DNA of 64,000 nt from Octopus sinensis (Eukaryota). The position numbers and the translations under genes were made by a program. The notes beneath the pieces are model-generated. The model was given only the letters and a program-made list of their open reading frames with translations, did no database searches and was not told the DNA's origin. The first letter of the stretch is position 1. Every line of letters begins with the position of its first letter. This document shows, piece by piece, positions 24,729 through 37,795 of this stretch. The stretch covers positions 87,668,001 to 87,732,000 of the forward strand of contig NC_043000.1 of assembly GCF_006345805.1 (NCBI RefSeq), given 5' to 3'.

Positions 24729-25699
24729 TGTCTGGTCTATTCCGTATTTGTTACTTTCTCTATCACCCTGTCTTCTCATTTTTTAACCTACTTCATTTAA
24801 CCTGGCTCTCATCATTTCTTTCCTGTAGACTGTTACCACCCTTTTTCTTCATTTTATTTCCTCTGGCATCACTCATCTCCCAAACATCTCACTCTTATTC
24901 TACTTTCACACCACACCAACCTATCCACAATAACACTTTCTTTATGTTCTTTTTCTGCAACCATGGTATCAACTTCTATATTCTGTCTCACCAGAGAATA
25001 AATAACATGATTGAAATGTCAGATTACTCACTTTTCATGAGAAAAGAAAAGAACAAAAATCACCATAAAATTCACTGTAATGTATTTTTCTACTAACCAA
25101 ATGTGTGCGCATTTGTATGTTGTGGGTTTTTAGTATTAGGCAACCTATGATTGGTGGGAATGGGCAAAAGAATATTTCCTCAAAAAGGCATAGCAATTGT
25201 ATCTTTGGATGTTGAAGGAAACAATATTGATATGAAAAACGGAATGTTGTTTTTGAAGTCTCTGTACTTGGAAGCAAGGCAGATTTTGCATGAAGTGTCC
25301 AAGTTTGCATGTACATGAAAATTGTGTACAGAAGGTTGGGGAGGAGTGAAAGATGATATAATTTGCATGGGAGTAGGAGTTGTTGGAGACAATTGCAAAT
25401 AGGCTGTTGATTTTATCCTCATCATCATTTAACGTCCGTTGTCCATGCTGGCATGGGTTGGATGGTTTGACCAGGCTGGCATACTCAAAGGCTGCACCAG
25501 ACTCCAGGCTGATTTGGCATGGTTTTCTACAGTTGGATGCCCTTCCTAACGCCAACCACTCCAAGAGTATAATGAGTGCTTTTACATGCCACTGGCATGG
25601 GTGATGTTTGCATGATACCAGAATGCTTTTATATGCCACTGGCATGGGGGCCAATTGCGTGACACCAGTATCTGTCATAACAGTGATTTTGCTCAGCCT

Positions 25700-28070
25700 T
25701 TCACTCTGAGAGAGAGAGGCCCTTTGTTGCTAGCAGGGGTAGGAACTCTCTGAACTTTGCCCATTCTAATCTTATTCTCACAGCTACACTCTTGAAACAT
25801 CTATCTCCTCTACTAACTTGGTCACCTAAGTAATGGGAGCTATGTACTATCTCTAGCTTGCACCCTTGGCAGTTGATAGAGTCTATTTTCTGAGTTTATG
25901 TACCTGTGCATCTTCCACATATAAAAGCTAGTTTCCTTATTAACCTTCCTCTGATATTGCTGCACCTTTTATGTGTCCAAAGCTTACATTGGATGCATCT
26001 TATGGAGTTTCACCCAACACATTTTCTATAGATTGAGCAGAGCCATCTACCCGAAGGGATTTGTGATTTGTCTGCCTTCCTACTTACTAAGACTTTGGTT
26101 TTTGCTAGGTTAACTCTAAGGCACTTCCATTCTAGGCCTTGCTTCCATACATGAAACTTCTTCTCTAGTTCTGGTAATGACTCAGCTATAAGAACAAGGT
26201 CATCAGAATAGAGGAGCTCACAAGGGCAGCTTGTCTTGAATTCCTCTGTTATTACCTGAAGGACTATAATGAACAAGAGGTGGGCTGAGCACTGATCTTT
26301 GGTGAACCGCCACTGGTACACTGAATTCTTTGCTGTACTCATAGCCAACCCTCACCTTACTGGTAGCATCCCTGTACATAGCTTGTACAGTTCTCACCAA
26401 TCACTCACCTATCCCTAGTTTTCACATTGACCACTAGGTAAGGGATTGGGGCTCCTTGTCAAAAGCTTTCTCCAAGCCAACAAAAGCCAAGTACAGAGGT
26501 TTATCTTTGGCTAAGTATTTTTCCTGCAGATTCCTCACCAGAAAAAAAACATCAGTGGTGCTTCTCCCTGGCACAAAACCAAACTGCATCTCACCTAAGC
26601 TAATTCACTAATTAGTTGGGCTATGACTCTCTCCACAACTTTCATCACTTGCTTCAGCAATTTGGCACCACTGTAATTATTCCTATCTAAGGCATCACCT
26701 TTACCTTTGTAGCAGCTGACTATGGTACTGCTATACAAATCATTGGATATGACTCCTTCGTGAATTACCTGATTTACAATATGAGTGACTAGATCATAAA
26801 CCTCGGCGGAGATTCCTGATAGGCCAGGGTTTTTTCCTGTCTTCATATCCTTAATTGCTTTATCTCCATGGAACTGTTGATTTGGGTAGCTGGTCCCTCA
26901 ATTGGGTCAACATTTGGCAGACTCTCCTCCTCCCACTCATTCTCTACATTCAGCAGTCTTTCATAATGACATTTCCAAGCCTCTTTCTTTGCAGAAGCAT
27001 TACATGCAAGAGCACCCATAAGTATATATTTCTCGCCTATGACATCGTGATTTTCTCTTACACACTGTTTTGCAATCCAAAACACTTCAGTTCTTTTGGT
27101 TCTCACATCACTGAACATTGGCAAACTTCTTTTTTTGCTTCTCCCTTGGCTAGATATACTTGTCTCCTAGCATCCCTTCTCATTGATACAGTATCCTGCT
27201 ACCTCCATTCTTCAAAGCCTGTTTCTTAGTTCTAATGGCCCTGTCTACTGCATCATTCCACCACCACATTATCCTAGGTCTGGATGGGACTTTGCAACAG
27301 CCACAGATTTGATCTGTAGCACCCAGCAAGCTGTCCATCAGGAATTCCCACTTGCCCTCTATGTCACAAGTCTGTAGCACCACCTCCCCTTCATCAAATT
27401 TCTCAATTAGGCTGTCTCTAAATCTCTGACCATATGAAGGGTCCTTCAGCTTCCAAATCCTTCTTTTCCAGATTGGAGTCTAAAGTCACTAATGACTAGT
27501 CTATAATGCTGGGGTACATTCTTCACCAGGCAGGGTCTTTTATTTAGGAGCAACCATGCATCCTGCTGTTTGGTGAGAATGTAATCAATCTGGCATGCAC
27601 AGACACCTGATTGGTAGGTTATCAGGTGGTTGGCTGGCTTCCTGAAGTTCATGTTGCAGATCAAAAGGTTATTTGCATTACAGAACTCCAGTAGCCTTGT
27701 TCCCTCATATACACAATAGCCCTCATGCACACCATGGAAGACACCAAGCTGCCGTCCAACATGCCCATTGAAATCCCCAGCCATGAAGAGATCATTGTCA
27801 CTCGTCTTTGAGGTAGCCTGCTTGAGGGGCAAAGGCAGAGATAATTGTCACTATACTGTTCTGTAAGAATAGCCTAAGCTTAAGCACTCTATCACCCATT
27901 TTGGCTACCTTTATGACCTTATCCACCAATTTATCTGCAAGAAGTATGCCCACACCACCTATCCTGTCACTGTTACCTTTCCAGAAGATTTTATACTGAT
28001 GTGTTTTGCCTGTGAGAAACCTGGTTGAAGCTCCTCTCCACCTTACCTTTTGGATGCAACATGCATTAAA
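25700..28070 (-). mobile_element. RTE-clade LINE, decayed APE endonuclease plus RT
   Basis: AGDFNGHVG...QIDYILT (APE), LSPLLF-like segment, ELLYSDDLVLIAES...VNLAKTKVLV (RT). Many stops and frameshifts. Confidence 0.9.
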
Positions 28071-28074
28071 ACGC

Positions 28075-28540
28075 CTCTGGGAAAAGTGTGAGGGAACATA
28101 ACTTAATTATAGGTGCCCCACCAATGTTAAAAACTGTATGTCAGAGAGGTCTCCATCAGTACATGGTATGATTATACAATCTGACAGGAAGCTTCCAATC
28201 CAAGAGACAGAAAACTGGTGGAACCTACATACAAAGAGTTCAGCTAAGAGTTCTGCGTGCCAGACAATAGTGAATAGCTATTGGCATCAAATGTCAAGTG
28301 CAGCAACATTGTTTTCATTAGTGAAAGGCTCAATGGAGAGTAATACAGGAGAGTATTTCCAGTTGACCTTCTTATACAGAAGCCATACTGACAGGAGATT
28401 AAAGGTGTTGAAGAATGTTGTTATTAATGATTGCTTCATCTCCATTGAGATGTTGGAAGGTAAGGTCAGAGCATTTGCCCTTTATGGAAATGTGACACAC
28501 AACAACAAGTTTCTGAAGATTATTTTTTTCAGCATCTGCT
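28075..28540 (-). mobile_element. CR1/Jockey-like RT fragment
   Basis: Minus frame AALDI*...IVWHAELLAEL...VSWIGSFLSD...DGDLSD. Confidence 0.65.
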
Positions 28541-28644
28541 AAGTTAATCGTATATTTATGAATAGCATGATAATATTTTAAGAAAGATATGAACTAAAAT
28601 TAGTTAAACAGATTACCACCATTAATCTCGAGATTATATCTCTT

Positions 28645-29042
28645 ATCTTTTACTTATTTCAGTCAATTGACTGTAGCCATGCTGGGGCACCACATTGAAG
28701 GATTTTAATTGAATAAATCAACCATGGTACTTATGTTTTTAAAGTATGGTACTTATTCTATAGGTTACTTTTGCTGAACCACTATGTTATGAGCGTGTAA
28801 ACACACCAAACCTGTTGTCAAGCAGTGGTGGGAGACAAACACAAAGACATACACACACACAAAGATATATACATATATACATGATAGACTTCTTTCAGTT
28901 TCCTTCTATCAAATCCATTCACAAGGTTTTGATCAACCCGAGGCTATAGAAGACGCCTGCCTAATGTACCATGCAGTGGGAATGAATCCAGAACCATGTG
29001 GTTGGGAAGCGAGCTTCTTACCACATAGCAACACCTCAGCCT
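28645..29042 (-). mobile_element. SINE family A copy, CpG-decayed
   Basis: Collinear with 2017-2483, with many CpG sites changed to TpG/CpA. Confidence 0.8.
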
Positions 29043-29094
29043 ATTTACTGATTTGGGGCAACTGAAGGAAAAGAACAATATTTTGGGGATAGAT

Positions 29095-29100
29095 TTTATT
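29095..29100 (-). terminator. Candidate polyadenylation signal (AATAAA on minus strand) for FOCAD
   Basis: tttatt on plus about 110 nt past the stop, with another near 29127. Such hexamers are common in this AT-rich DNA. Confidence 0.3.
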
Positions 29101-29206
29101 TCCAAAATATATTTGAAAGAGGCATTTTTATTTTACTTTATACACAACAAAAACAAAAAAATTGGTAATTCCTCAGGAAGTTAGATGCTAACTTTATATG
29201 AAAATG

Positions 29207-29310
29207 TTACTCTTGTTCTTTTACAGTTGGTTCAAGTAAATCTTTAAAAACTTTGTTCCAGACTGATGCCCTTTTGAATTCTTTGGTATTCCGCAGGTTG
29301 CACAAACAAT
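29207..29310 (-). CDS. FOCAD: Focadhesin probable last coding exon, ending in TAA at 29209-29207
   Basis: Acceptor ttttttttcctacag|AT. Encodes (N)CLCNLRNTKEFKRASVWNKVFKDLLEPTVKEQE*, matching the FOCAD C-terminal LxxLRxxxEFKKxAVW motif. A possible GT donor at 29224 could instead lead to a further exon. Confidence 0.82.
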
Positions 29311-31151
29311 CTGTAGGAAAAAAAATGCACATAATGGTATTAATATTTAGAAAAAAACAAATTTACCAAGAGTTATGGAATATGAAGTAGAGATTTTCTT
29401 TCATAAGTGAAGTATTTGAGTTGTGAAAGAAGATGATTGTGGATTGCAATCTGCCATGAAGTTTCACTAAAACGTAATATTTAGCTCATTATGCAATAAC
29501 TATAATTATATCTTATATGAGTATGAAGCATTAAGTAATGCTTAATTCTATTTATTAAAACCTAAACTCATATAATAGTTCTACAATTGGCTCATCAGAG
29601 GTGCAGCAAAATTGTTGATTCATATTAGTTAAAAGCTAATTATCTAGAAAATAATTAATGAAATTTTTGAAGTTGATAATTAAAAGAACAGGTTTAGCAT
29701 GTAAGGATTGATGAATTTTACCATCTTACCAATGTTTGTCTTAATTAGTCCTAATATTTGACTAATTGTCAAATATTTATCAGCTGTATTTGTGGTTCAA
29801 ATACAGTAAACCATTTCTGGACAAATGAAAGATTAAAAATAGTTACATTTGAATTCTCTAATCTGGTATGCGATAACAATATCTTCAAATGTATAACTAT
29901 AAGTCTCACCACTTTTTATCTACACTGACAGTTTCTTAAGAACTTAAGAATAAACTTGATAATTAAATTTACGTACAAAGATAAAGGTATAGATTATGTC
30001 CAAGAGACAGGAATATCTGAAATTGTTGGTTGTTGGCACCAAATTGAGAATCAGTGATTCATCATCATGAATTTTAATCCTATGCCTCTACTTTGATATA
30101 AGTTATTGTATATCTTCAAAAGTATATCTATGTCACCACTTTGCAACTGTACTGAAAACCTCAAGGGAATTAAAGTACAACAAATTAAATTAATGTTCAG
30201 AGATAATAGTAAATATTGTGTCCAGAGATAAGAGAAACTGAAAGTGTTAGGTGCTGGCACTAAACTCAGAACCAGTGATTTTAAACTTTAAACTCTGTCT
30301 GAATTGATTTAACTTCTTTACATTTTAGAATTTGTAATATAAACCACTATATCAATCAGAAACAGCAACTAACATTTATCAAATTTTACTATAATTTGAC
30401 AGCAAAATAAACATTGATAGTGTGGTGTCATGACCAGAATTTAAAAAAAATGGAAGATATTTCATGAAAATCAAGAAAAGACATCAGTTCTAAAAACCCA
30501 TGTGTATTAAAGAGAACTACAAAGATTTTACAAAATGCTCAATAAAAATTTTGGTTTGTAACTATTTAGCATTCAATCTTGTTAAATGTAATAATTATTT
30601 ATTTACATTTTTTAATTAATCCTGCATTATGTTGTAGCTTTGAGATTTTGATGAAGTGATTGTATATTTTTGCATAATGATGTTGTAGGGTAGGTGTGAG
30701 AGGCTGGATCTGGCCATTTTGAGCTTCAAACTGGTAGAATATTTGTGCTGGATATAGCTGGTTTAAATGCTGAAGGGTTAATGTCTAGAATATTTCATTG
30801 GAAGTTAGGTACTTTACTATGAGTTGCAGGCAATAATAGGTTTAAGAAGCAGAAAATAATACATATAGAACACTAATTAATTATAAATATATAAACGTAG
30901 GATAGAAGTAATATAATAGAATATCTTATTTCATTTGCACAAATTCATTTAACCTCACTATCATGACATTCAGAAGACAAAATCATGTATAAGTGTTTTG
31001 GCTTATTTCTCGTCTTCTGTATGTATGTTTTATCTTTTATTTTTAAATGTCAAAGTTCATATAACCAAGTCTGCAGTAATGTTCTTGGTTGTAGATAGGT
31101 AGGTTGGTAGGTAGGTAGGTTGGTAGGTAGATAGGTAGGTAGATAGGTAAG

Positions 31152-31185
<34 letters not shown>

Positions 31186-31287
31186 CGTATAGATATGTAC
31201 ATATAGATATATATCGATATATGTTTAGATATGTAAAATAAATATTATTATTTAATTGAATGCCACAAATCCATTTCCAAGTGTATG

Positions 31288-31322
<35 letters not shown>

Positions 31323-31356
31323 ATGTATATATATGTGTGTATGTATACATATATAT

Positions 31357-31401
<45 letters not shown>

Positions 31402-31759
31402 ACATACATACATATATACATATCTAAACGAACATATCTATACATATCTATATATACATATCTCCATACATATGTACATAAGTATGTACATACATACATA
31501 CATACATACGTACATATGTACATATGTACGTATGTATATATGTATGTATATATGTATGTATGTATATATGTATGTATGTACGTATAAATCAGAATTGCAG
31601 CTTACCAAAATTGGAGCAATGTTGCTGTCTTTGCAATATATTATATGAATGTTTGAATGAATATATGTTTATTATCATCATTTAACATCTGTTTTCCCTG
31701 CTGGCACTAGTTGGATGGTTCGACAATAACTGCCAAATCAAAAAACTGCATCAAGCTAT

Positions 31760-32240
31760 GTTGTCTGCTTTGAGGAGATGGTGATGGGGATTGTACAACA
31801 AATCACTAGTTGTCTCAGCCTTTTGTCATCTCCAGTATGAGGATCAATATTGGAAGATCATTTTCCACAATTTTGCTTCATATTTTCTTGGGTCTTCTTC
31901 TTCCAAAGGTTTCCTTCACATTTACAGATTGGCACTACTTTAAGCAGGTGCTTTCATCCTTATACATCACATGACTTTATCAGCACAGTCTTCTCTCTAG
32001 CACACAACATTTGATGCCACTTATGCCCAATTTTCTTCTCAATGCTTTTACACTTTGTAGCAGATGCACAGTGCATTGCACTTCCAGTGAAGCATACTGG
32101 CTTCATTTCTTTCAAGCCATTGCATATCCTCTGCATGCACTGTCCATATCTTACTGGCATGTGGCATAGCTGTTCATACACAGGAATCATACAATCTGCC
32201 TTTTATGCTGACGAGAGGCCCTATTTAACCAAAAAAGGTA
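31760..32240 (-). mobile_element. RTE LINE C-terminal fragment
   Basis: Frameshifted TAMxH.S.TW..ERNEASML homology. Confidence 0.65.
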
Positions 32241-32305
32241 ATACATGTATGGACAGATGGACATTATAAATATAAATATGTGTGTGTACATGTATATATA
32301 TATAT

Positions 32306-32362
<57 letters not shown>

Positions 32363-32558
32363 TATATCATCATCATCATCATCATCATTTAACATGTTTT
32401 CCATGCTAGCATGCAGGCTGCACACACACAGAGGAGCTGCACCAGGCTCCAGTCTGATCTGGCAGTGTTTCTACAGCTGGATGCCCTTTGTAATACCAAC
32501 CCCTCTATGAGAATAATTATATGTTTACAAGGGCTGGATAGGCATCTCCAACATGCTA

Positions 32559-32601
32559 CTCCACACTGATGATGATCAAAGACTCAGAAACTAGACTCTG
32601 G
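32559..32601 (+). ncRNA. Hammerhead motif, tandem unit 1
   Basis: ctccaca-CTGATGA-TGA(t)caaaga(c)TCA-GAAA-CTAG-ac-tctgg. The core is intact but U16.1 is changed to A. Confidence 0.65.
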
Positions 32602-32913
32602 CTGCTGCATTAGCTGGGTGGAGGTGCTTATCTTCCTTTGTAAACATAAGGACGAAGGAAATGTGTCAAGGCTGACAGGAAGCATTGCTGCTTCCTAGGG
32701 CTAAATAGCAGTAGTATTATTCCCTTCATGGGACTGTCATATTAAGTTGACAGCATACAACTACTTTATCGTATCACTACTGCATAAATCTCTCTGAGAG
32801 ATTTAGAAATGTATTATTTCTATTTTTGAAATCAGTGAATGTATTTCACTAAAATAATTATATGTTTACAAGGGCTGGATAAGCATCTCCAACTAGCAAG
32901 CTATGCTACTCCA

Positions 32914-34784
32914 GAGCTCTTTTGAGTTTTGTTTTTGAGAAGCAAGACCGAATGATGCAAGACTGTCATGTTGGGCAGAATGAGAAATGATGACATGAAA
33001 GCGTATGTGGAGATTGTAGAAACGCAGGAAGCAATGAATGGAGGAAGACTGAAGCATCAGTAGATAGAGTGGGATATAAAGAAGTTAAGAAAATACAGCA
33101 ATATGGAGAAGTTTGAGGAAGAATTAACAATACTTGTTATGCTGGAAGAAGAAAATAGAAAGAAGAACAGTTAAATTTCGAACCTTTTCAAATGAAAACA
33201 GAAGGATAGAGAGAGTACCAGAAAATGAGATTGAGACACTAATTTTGAACAGCATAGAGGAGAAAATTGTGTTCATAAATAAAGGAAAAGAATATGGAAC
33301 TGTAGAGGTAACTTTTAAGAAAGAAGAGGACGTGGTAGCTAACAGCAAACAAGTAACAGAAGGCAGAAAATGGTCACTATTACCCAGCATGATGGGAAAC
33401 ACTTTAATAAGAGCCAGAGTGGGAAGACTGCTCCCAACGATAGAGCCAGAATGGGTGATAGTGGCAATTTTTGGAGAAAAGCTACGAAAAGGTAGCCTTG
33501 ATTTGGAAATACAACTAGTCAGCAAAACTGAATGTAAAAATTTCTGGGGATACGGCATTGAAATAATCGGAGCTGTAACCCCAGAATATTACAAAGAAGT
33601 CCCAGAAATAATAGCGTTACCAACAGGAGATAGATTAGACATAATTAATTATGACAGACAGACTACCCAGATGTTATAGGTGTGGTCTGAGAGGCCATAA
33701 AATTAAAGACTGTAAACCAGTCGAGGAAGTGGCAAAGGAAGTAATGGAAAGTATTATAGAAGAACAAAGACAATGGGCAGAGGAACAGGTGGAGAAGGAA
33801 AAAACAGAAGAAATAAAAAGCAGAAAATGGGAAAGGAAAAAATCCCAAACAATAATGGAAATAAAAAGAAGCAAAAACAAGGAAGAGGCAAAACAACATG
33901 AAACTAAAGTTATGGAAGAGCTAACAGCAGAGATGTCGGAAGAGGAAATAGAGATACAAAGGAATGAGGAGGCAAAACAGGGGAACCAGGAGAGATACGC
34001 AAAGAGAGAATGAACAAGTACAGTTGAACAGAGATACAGATGAACACAATTTTCTCCTTTATGCTGCTCAAAATTAATGTCTCAGTCTCATTTTCTGGTG
34101 CTCTCTCTATCCTTCTGTTTTCATTTGAAAAGATTCAAAATTTAACTGTTCTTCATTCTATTTTCTTCTTCTCTTCTTCTGGCATAACAAGTATTGTTAA
34201 TTCTTCCTCAAACTTCATGAACCGGAATATGAGAGAGTGCAGAATGTGGAGTTGCAGTGGAGAGAAGAACCAGAACGGCGAGTAGGTGAAGGAAGGAAAA
34301 AGCATAGAGGAAAACAAAAAACGGAGAGAAACATAACGGGAAAGGATGAAAATGATAAGTAGAAAATAAGAAGGAAAAAAGAAAAATGAACATAATAAAT
34401 TGTAATAATGAAAACTTGATGAACAGACAATTACATTGTAAAAAAAAAAAAGAAAAAAGAAAGAAATATAATTCGTAAAAGGACATATATGAACGGTAGA
34501 ACAAAAAATTAAAGAAAAGGACACAGTTTCGCATTGTAGCAAAGCTAGCATAGATGTAAAAATCAATGTTTTTTGTAAAGTTTTTTTGTAAGTTTAACAA
34601 AGTAAGTTCTATGTACAGATAATCACAGTTCATCTTGCAGTAAGGGCAAGGTGACTGTCTCATTTACATCCTGTTTATATTCATTTCATTTTCATTTTTA
34701 CATTTGTTTTGTGTCCCTGCATGTATTTTGTATTGTCCCCTCTATATAATCAGGCCATTGTGCCTATAATAAAGAAATAAAGTC
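32914..34784 (+). mobile_element. L1/Tx1-like non-LTR insertion: decayed ORF1 with CCHC knuckle, inverted second ORF1 start, 3' tail, no ORF2
   Basis: TSD ATGCTACTCCA at 32903-32913 and 34785-34795. Knuckle RCYRCGLRGHKIKDC. 33104-33277 is inversely homologous to 34040-34218. Ends in aataaagaaataaagtc. Confidence 0.7.
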
Positions 34785-34790
34785 ATGCTA

Positions 34791-34833
34791 CTCCACACTG
34801 ATAATGAGCAAAGACTCAGAAACTAGTCTCTGG
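34791..34833 (+). ncRNA. Hammerhead motif, tandem unit 2
   Basis: ctccaca-CTGATAA-TGAGcaaagaCTCA-GAAA-CTAG-TC-tctgg. The GUC site is intact but G8 is changed to A. Confidence 0.65.
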
Positions 34834-34999
34834 CTGCTGCATTAGCTGGGTGGAGGTGCTTATCTCCCTCTTGTAAACATAAGGATGCAGGAAATGTGTC
34901 AAGGCCGACAGGAAGCATTGCTGCTTCCTAGGACTAAATAGCAGTAGTATTATTCCCTTCATGAGACTGTCATATTAAGTTGACAGTATACAACTACTT

Positions 35000-35037
<38 letters not shown>

Positions 35038-35065
35038 TTATATATATATATATATTTATATATAA

Positions 35066-36289
35066 TGTCAGGTCCTTAAGAATGAAATGCCTGATTTTCT
35101 TATGCACTACGTTTGACAGTCGTTAACTCTAAAGTTTTATCCTGACAATTCTTTGTTTTACAACACTAAAGAGTTAGATCATCATTTTCCAAAATGCAAT
35201 TCATGGTGTCTGATTATATTGTGAGTTTTCTCTTATAAATCCTTTTTTGTTAACCCATGGAGAGATAAAATTTTTTTTTGTTTACGAATATGGGTTCTGT
35301 TGTGGAACCAATGCATCTGAGACAGCTTGTAACATCAATGAGGTGTTTGGTGAAGATGTAGCGAATGAGTGCACTGTACGTCGATAGTTTGAGAAATTCT
35401 GGACTGGTGACTTTATTCTTGGAAATCAGCTCTGTAGTAGACCTGAGGCCAAAGTGGGTAATGAAGAGCTGGAAACTGTAGTGGAAGCGGATACATCTCA
35501 AACTACGCATGAACTAGCAGCAAGGTTTGATATTTTGATTCCAACTGTATTGGACCATCTGAAACAAACTGGCATGGTAAAGTAGCTGGAACAAGTGGAT
35601 ACCACGTGAATTGAACAAGCATCAAATGACACATCCTCTTGAAACTTGCTGTTCTTTGCTGTCATGGCATAAAAGTGAACCATTTTTTGCATTGTATTGT
35701 TACATGTGATGAAAAATGAATTCTTTTCAATAGCAAGCATTCTGTACCATGGTGTCTGTTTGGTGGCACAGCACTGGTGTCACCCACTACAGCTTCATGA
35801 GACCTGGCAAGTCAATTACAGCAGATGCATACATCAACCAACTGGATGAAATGATGAGTGAAATTGCAATTAAATAACTGAGATTGGTCAATAGAGACAG
35901 TCCAATTCTCTTGCAAGACAATGCTCAGCCACATGTTGCACAAAGAACGCTACTCAAGTTACAGGAACTGAACTTGGAAGCACTCTGTCATCCACTATAT
36001 TCACCAGACCTTGCACCAACTGACTATCATGTTTTCCAGGCATTAGACAACTTTTTGTAAAGAAAAAACTTCAAATCTGAAGAAGATGCTAAAACAGCCT
36101 TTCATGATTTCATCTCCTCTTGCTCTCCAGAATTCTTTGCTGCCAGCATAAATAAGCTACTGATAAAACTGGCAAAATTGTGTTAATAATTTAGGTGTAT
36201 ACATTGATTAACTGCATTGCTTTTCGTTGAGATAAAGTAAAATAAACTTTCAGTTCAAAATTGGACATTTCCTTCTTAATGACCTGATA
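35066..36289 (+). mobile_element. Mariner transposon, decayed
   Basis: TIRs tgtcaggtccttaagaatgaaatg / catttccttcttaatgacctgata. Motifs WIPREL, CDEK, DNAQPH, HPLYSPDLAPTDY. Confidence 0.9.
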
Positions 36290-37753
36290 TATATATATAT
36301 ATATATATGAATAAAAAAAAAAATGGAGTTAACGCAGGTGTAATCAAATATTTTTACTTTTGACACATGTTTCGAAAATTCCACTGATACTATTCAAAAG
36401 AATAAATGGTATAAACAATGCTGCCCTGGTAACTATTTATTTTTTTTTTCCGTGTTAATTGTTAACAAGGTAAAAATACACCCATCTATTTATATATATA
36501 TATATATATATGCTTTGTGTGAATTTATGCATGCATGTATGATTTCCTGCATATGTATTTATATATGTATATATGCATATATGCAGATGCATGCAAAACA
36601 CACCAATGCAGGCATATGCATTCATTGTTTTAAAAAATATTACTTTAAAGCATTACTTAAATAATAGCACAAGTTCATGAGGAAAGTTATTAGTGTGACC
36701 TCACTTGTAAGAAGTTTAAAACATAGAATATTCCCAGAAGAGCCAGCAATGAAATGAAAAATTAGAGTTTGAAGCACTTGAGTATATGTAGAACTTACAT
36801 ATACTCAAGAAATAATACTGGAACCATTTCATCACTGATTAGGAAACATATATAATGTAGCTACTTGACTAAGTAATTCATGAAAACGAAAAATAAATCC
36901 TACAAAAGGTTGAAAGATACTCCAAAAAATATATTTAAGCAGGCCCTACTTTATTACATAATTTATATCCTACAGAGTGGCTTCCAGCTAAATATACAAA
37001 ATATGTACAAAACTCAATTATAAGGCTTAATCAAATGTACACAGAGAATAGACTGAATTATAAACAGTACCAAATTATTCTTTCATATTCTGACTTCCTT
37101 TCCCTAATTTATGAATATCATACTAATAGTTAATGTTTGTTCATGCAAAACAGAATTACACAGAATATGGGACTTGGCTACACAGTGTAAAGGAATGGAC
37201 ATTTTCATAGGACTTTGAATTCTTTTTTCACTTTCCAGTGATGACCACACCATCCCCGTTTTTCTTATTTCTTCCATCCTACTTCCTAAAATTGACATCT
37301 TTGAAAGGTCAACAGCCCTTGTGAGAAAATGTGTTTATTTACAAATATGTTGATAGGTGTACAATGGAAAGAGAAAAAGAAATATGCTTGTAATGAAATT
37401 TCAATGAATCAACCATATCAAATTGAAAAGAAACCACTCTCTCTCTCTCTCTCTGCCCTTTCCCCATCCTTTATTATTATTATTTTTTTTCTCCTCTTTC
37501 TTGATTGTCCTGAAATCTTTCTCTCCATCTATTTCCCCACCTCTTTACTTTCCCCTCTCTCTCTTTCCTTGCTTTTCCAACAAAATAAAAACAATATTTT
37601 CCTCTTGTAAACAAAGCAAAAAAACATCCCATTCATATAAATGAATAACGAAATATACTGTTTTTACCATTTTGATTTTGTCTTGACAAGTTCGAAAAAC
37701 AAATGAAAGTGCTAATAATGGATTATCCAAAATTCTAACTGCCTCCTGTTTCT

Positions 37754-37795
<42 letters not shown>

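Larger units (their letters stand above)
32512..35001 (+). repeat. Two tandem ~340-bp HHR-containing units; unit 2 split by a LINE insertion
   Basis: aataattatatgtttacaagggctggata at 32512 and 32852. 32553-32768 matches 34785-35001. Confidence 0.85.

Noticed and set aside
30051-30260. Minus ORF with an internal acceptor-like site (QLQSGDIDILLKIY...)
   Set aside because: It does not fit the exon phases and has no recognisable homology.
33663-34663. Phe/Ser-rich minus-strand ORFs that look like membrane proteins
   Set aside because: They are antisense readings of purine-rich LINE ORF1 and UTR sequence.
36340-36440. Minus-strand GAAACATGTGTC, resembling an HHR 3' half
   Set aside because: No CUGANGA-like 5' half was found.
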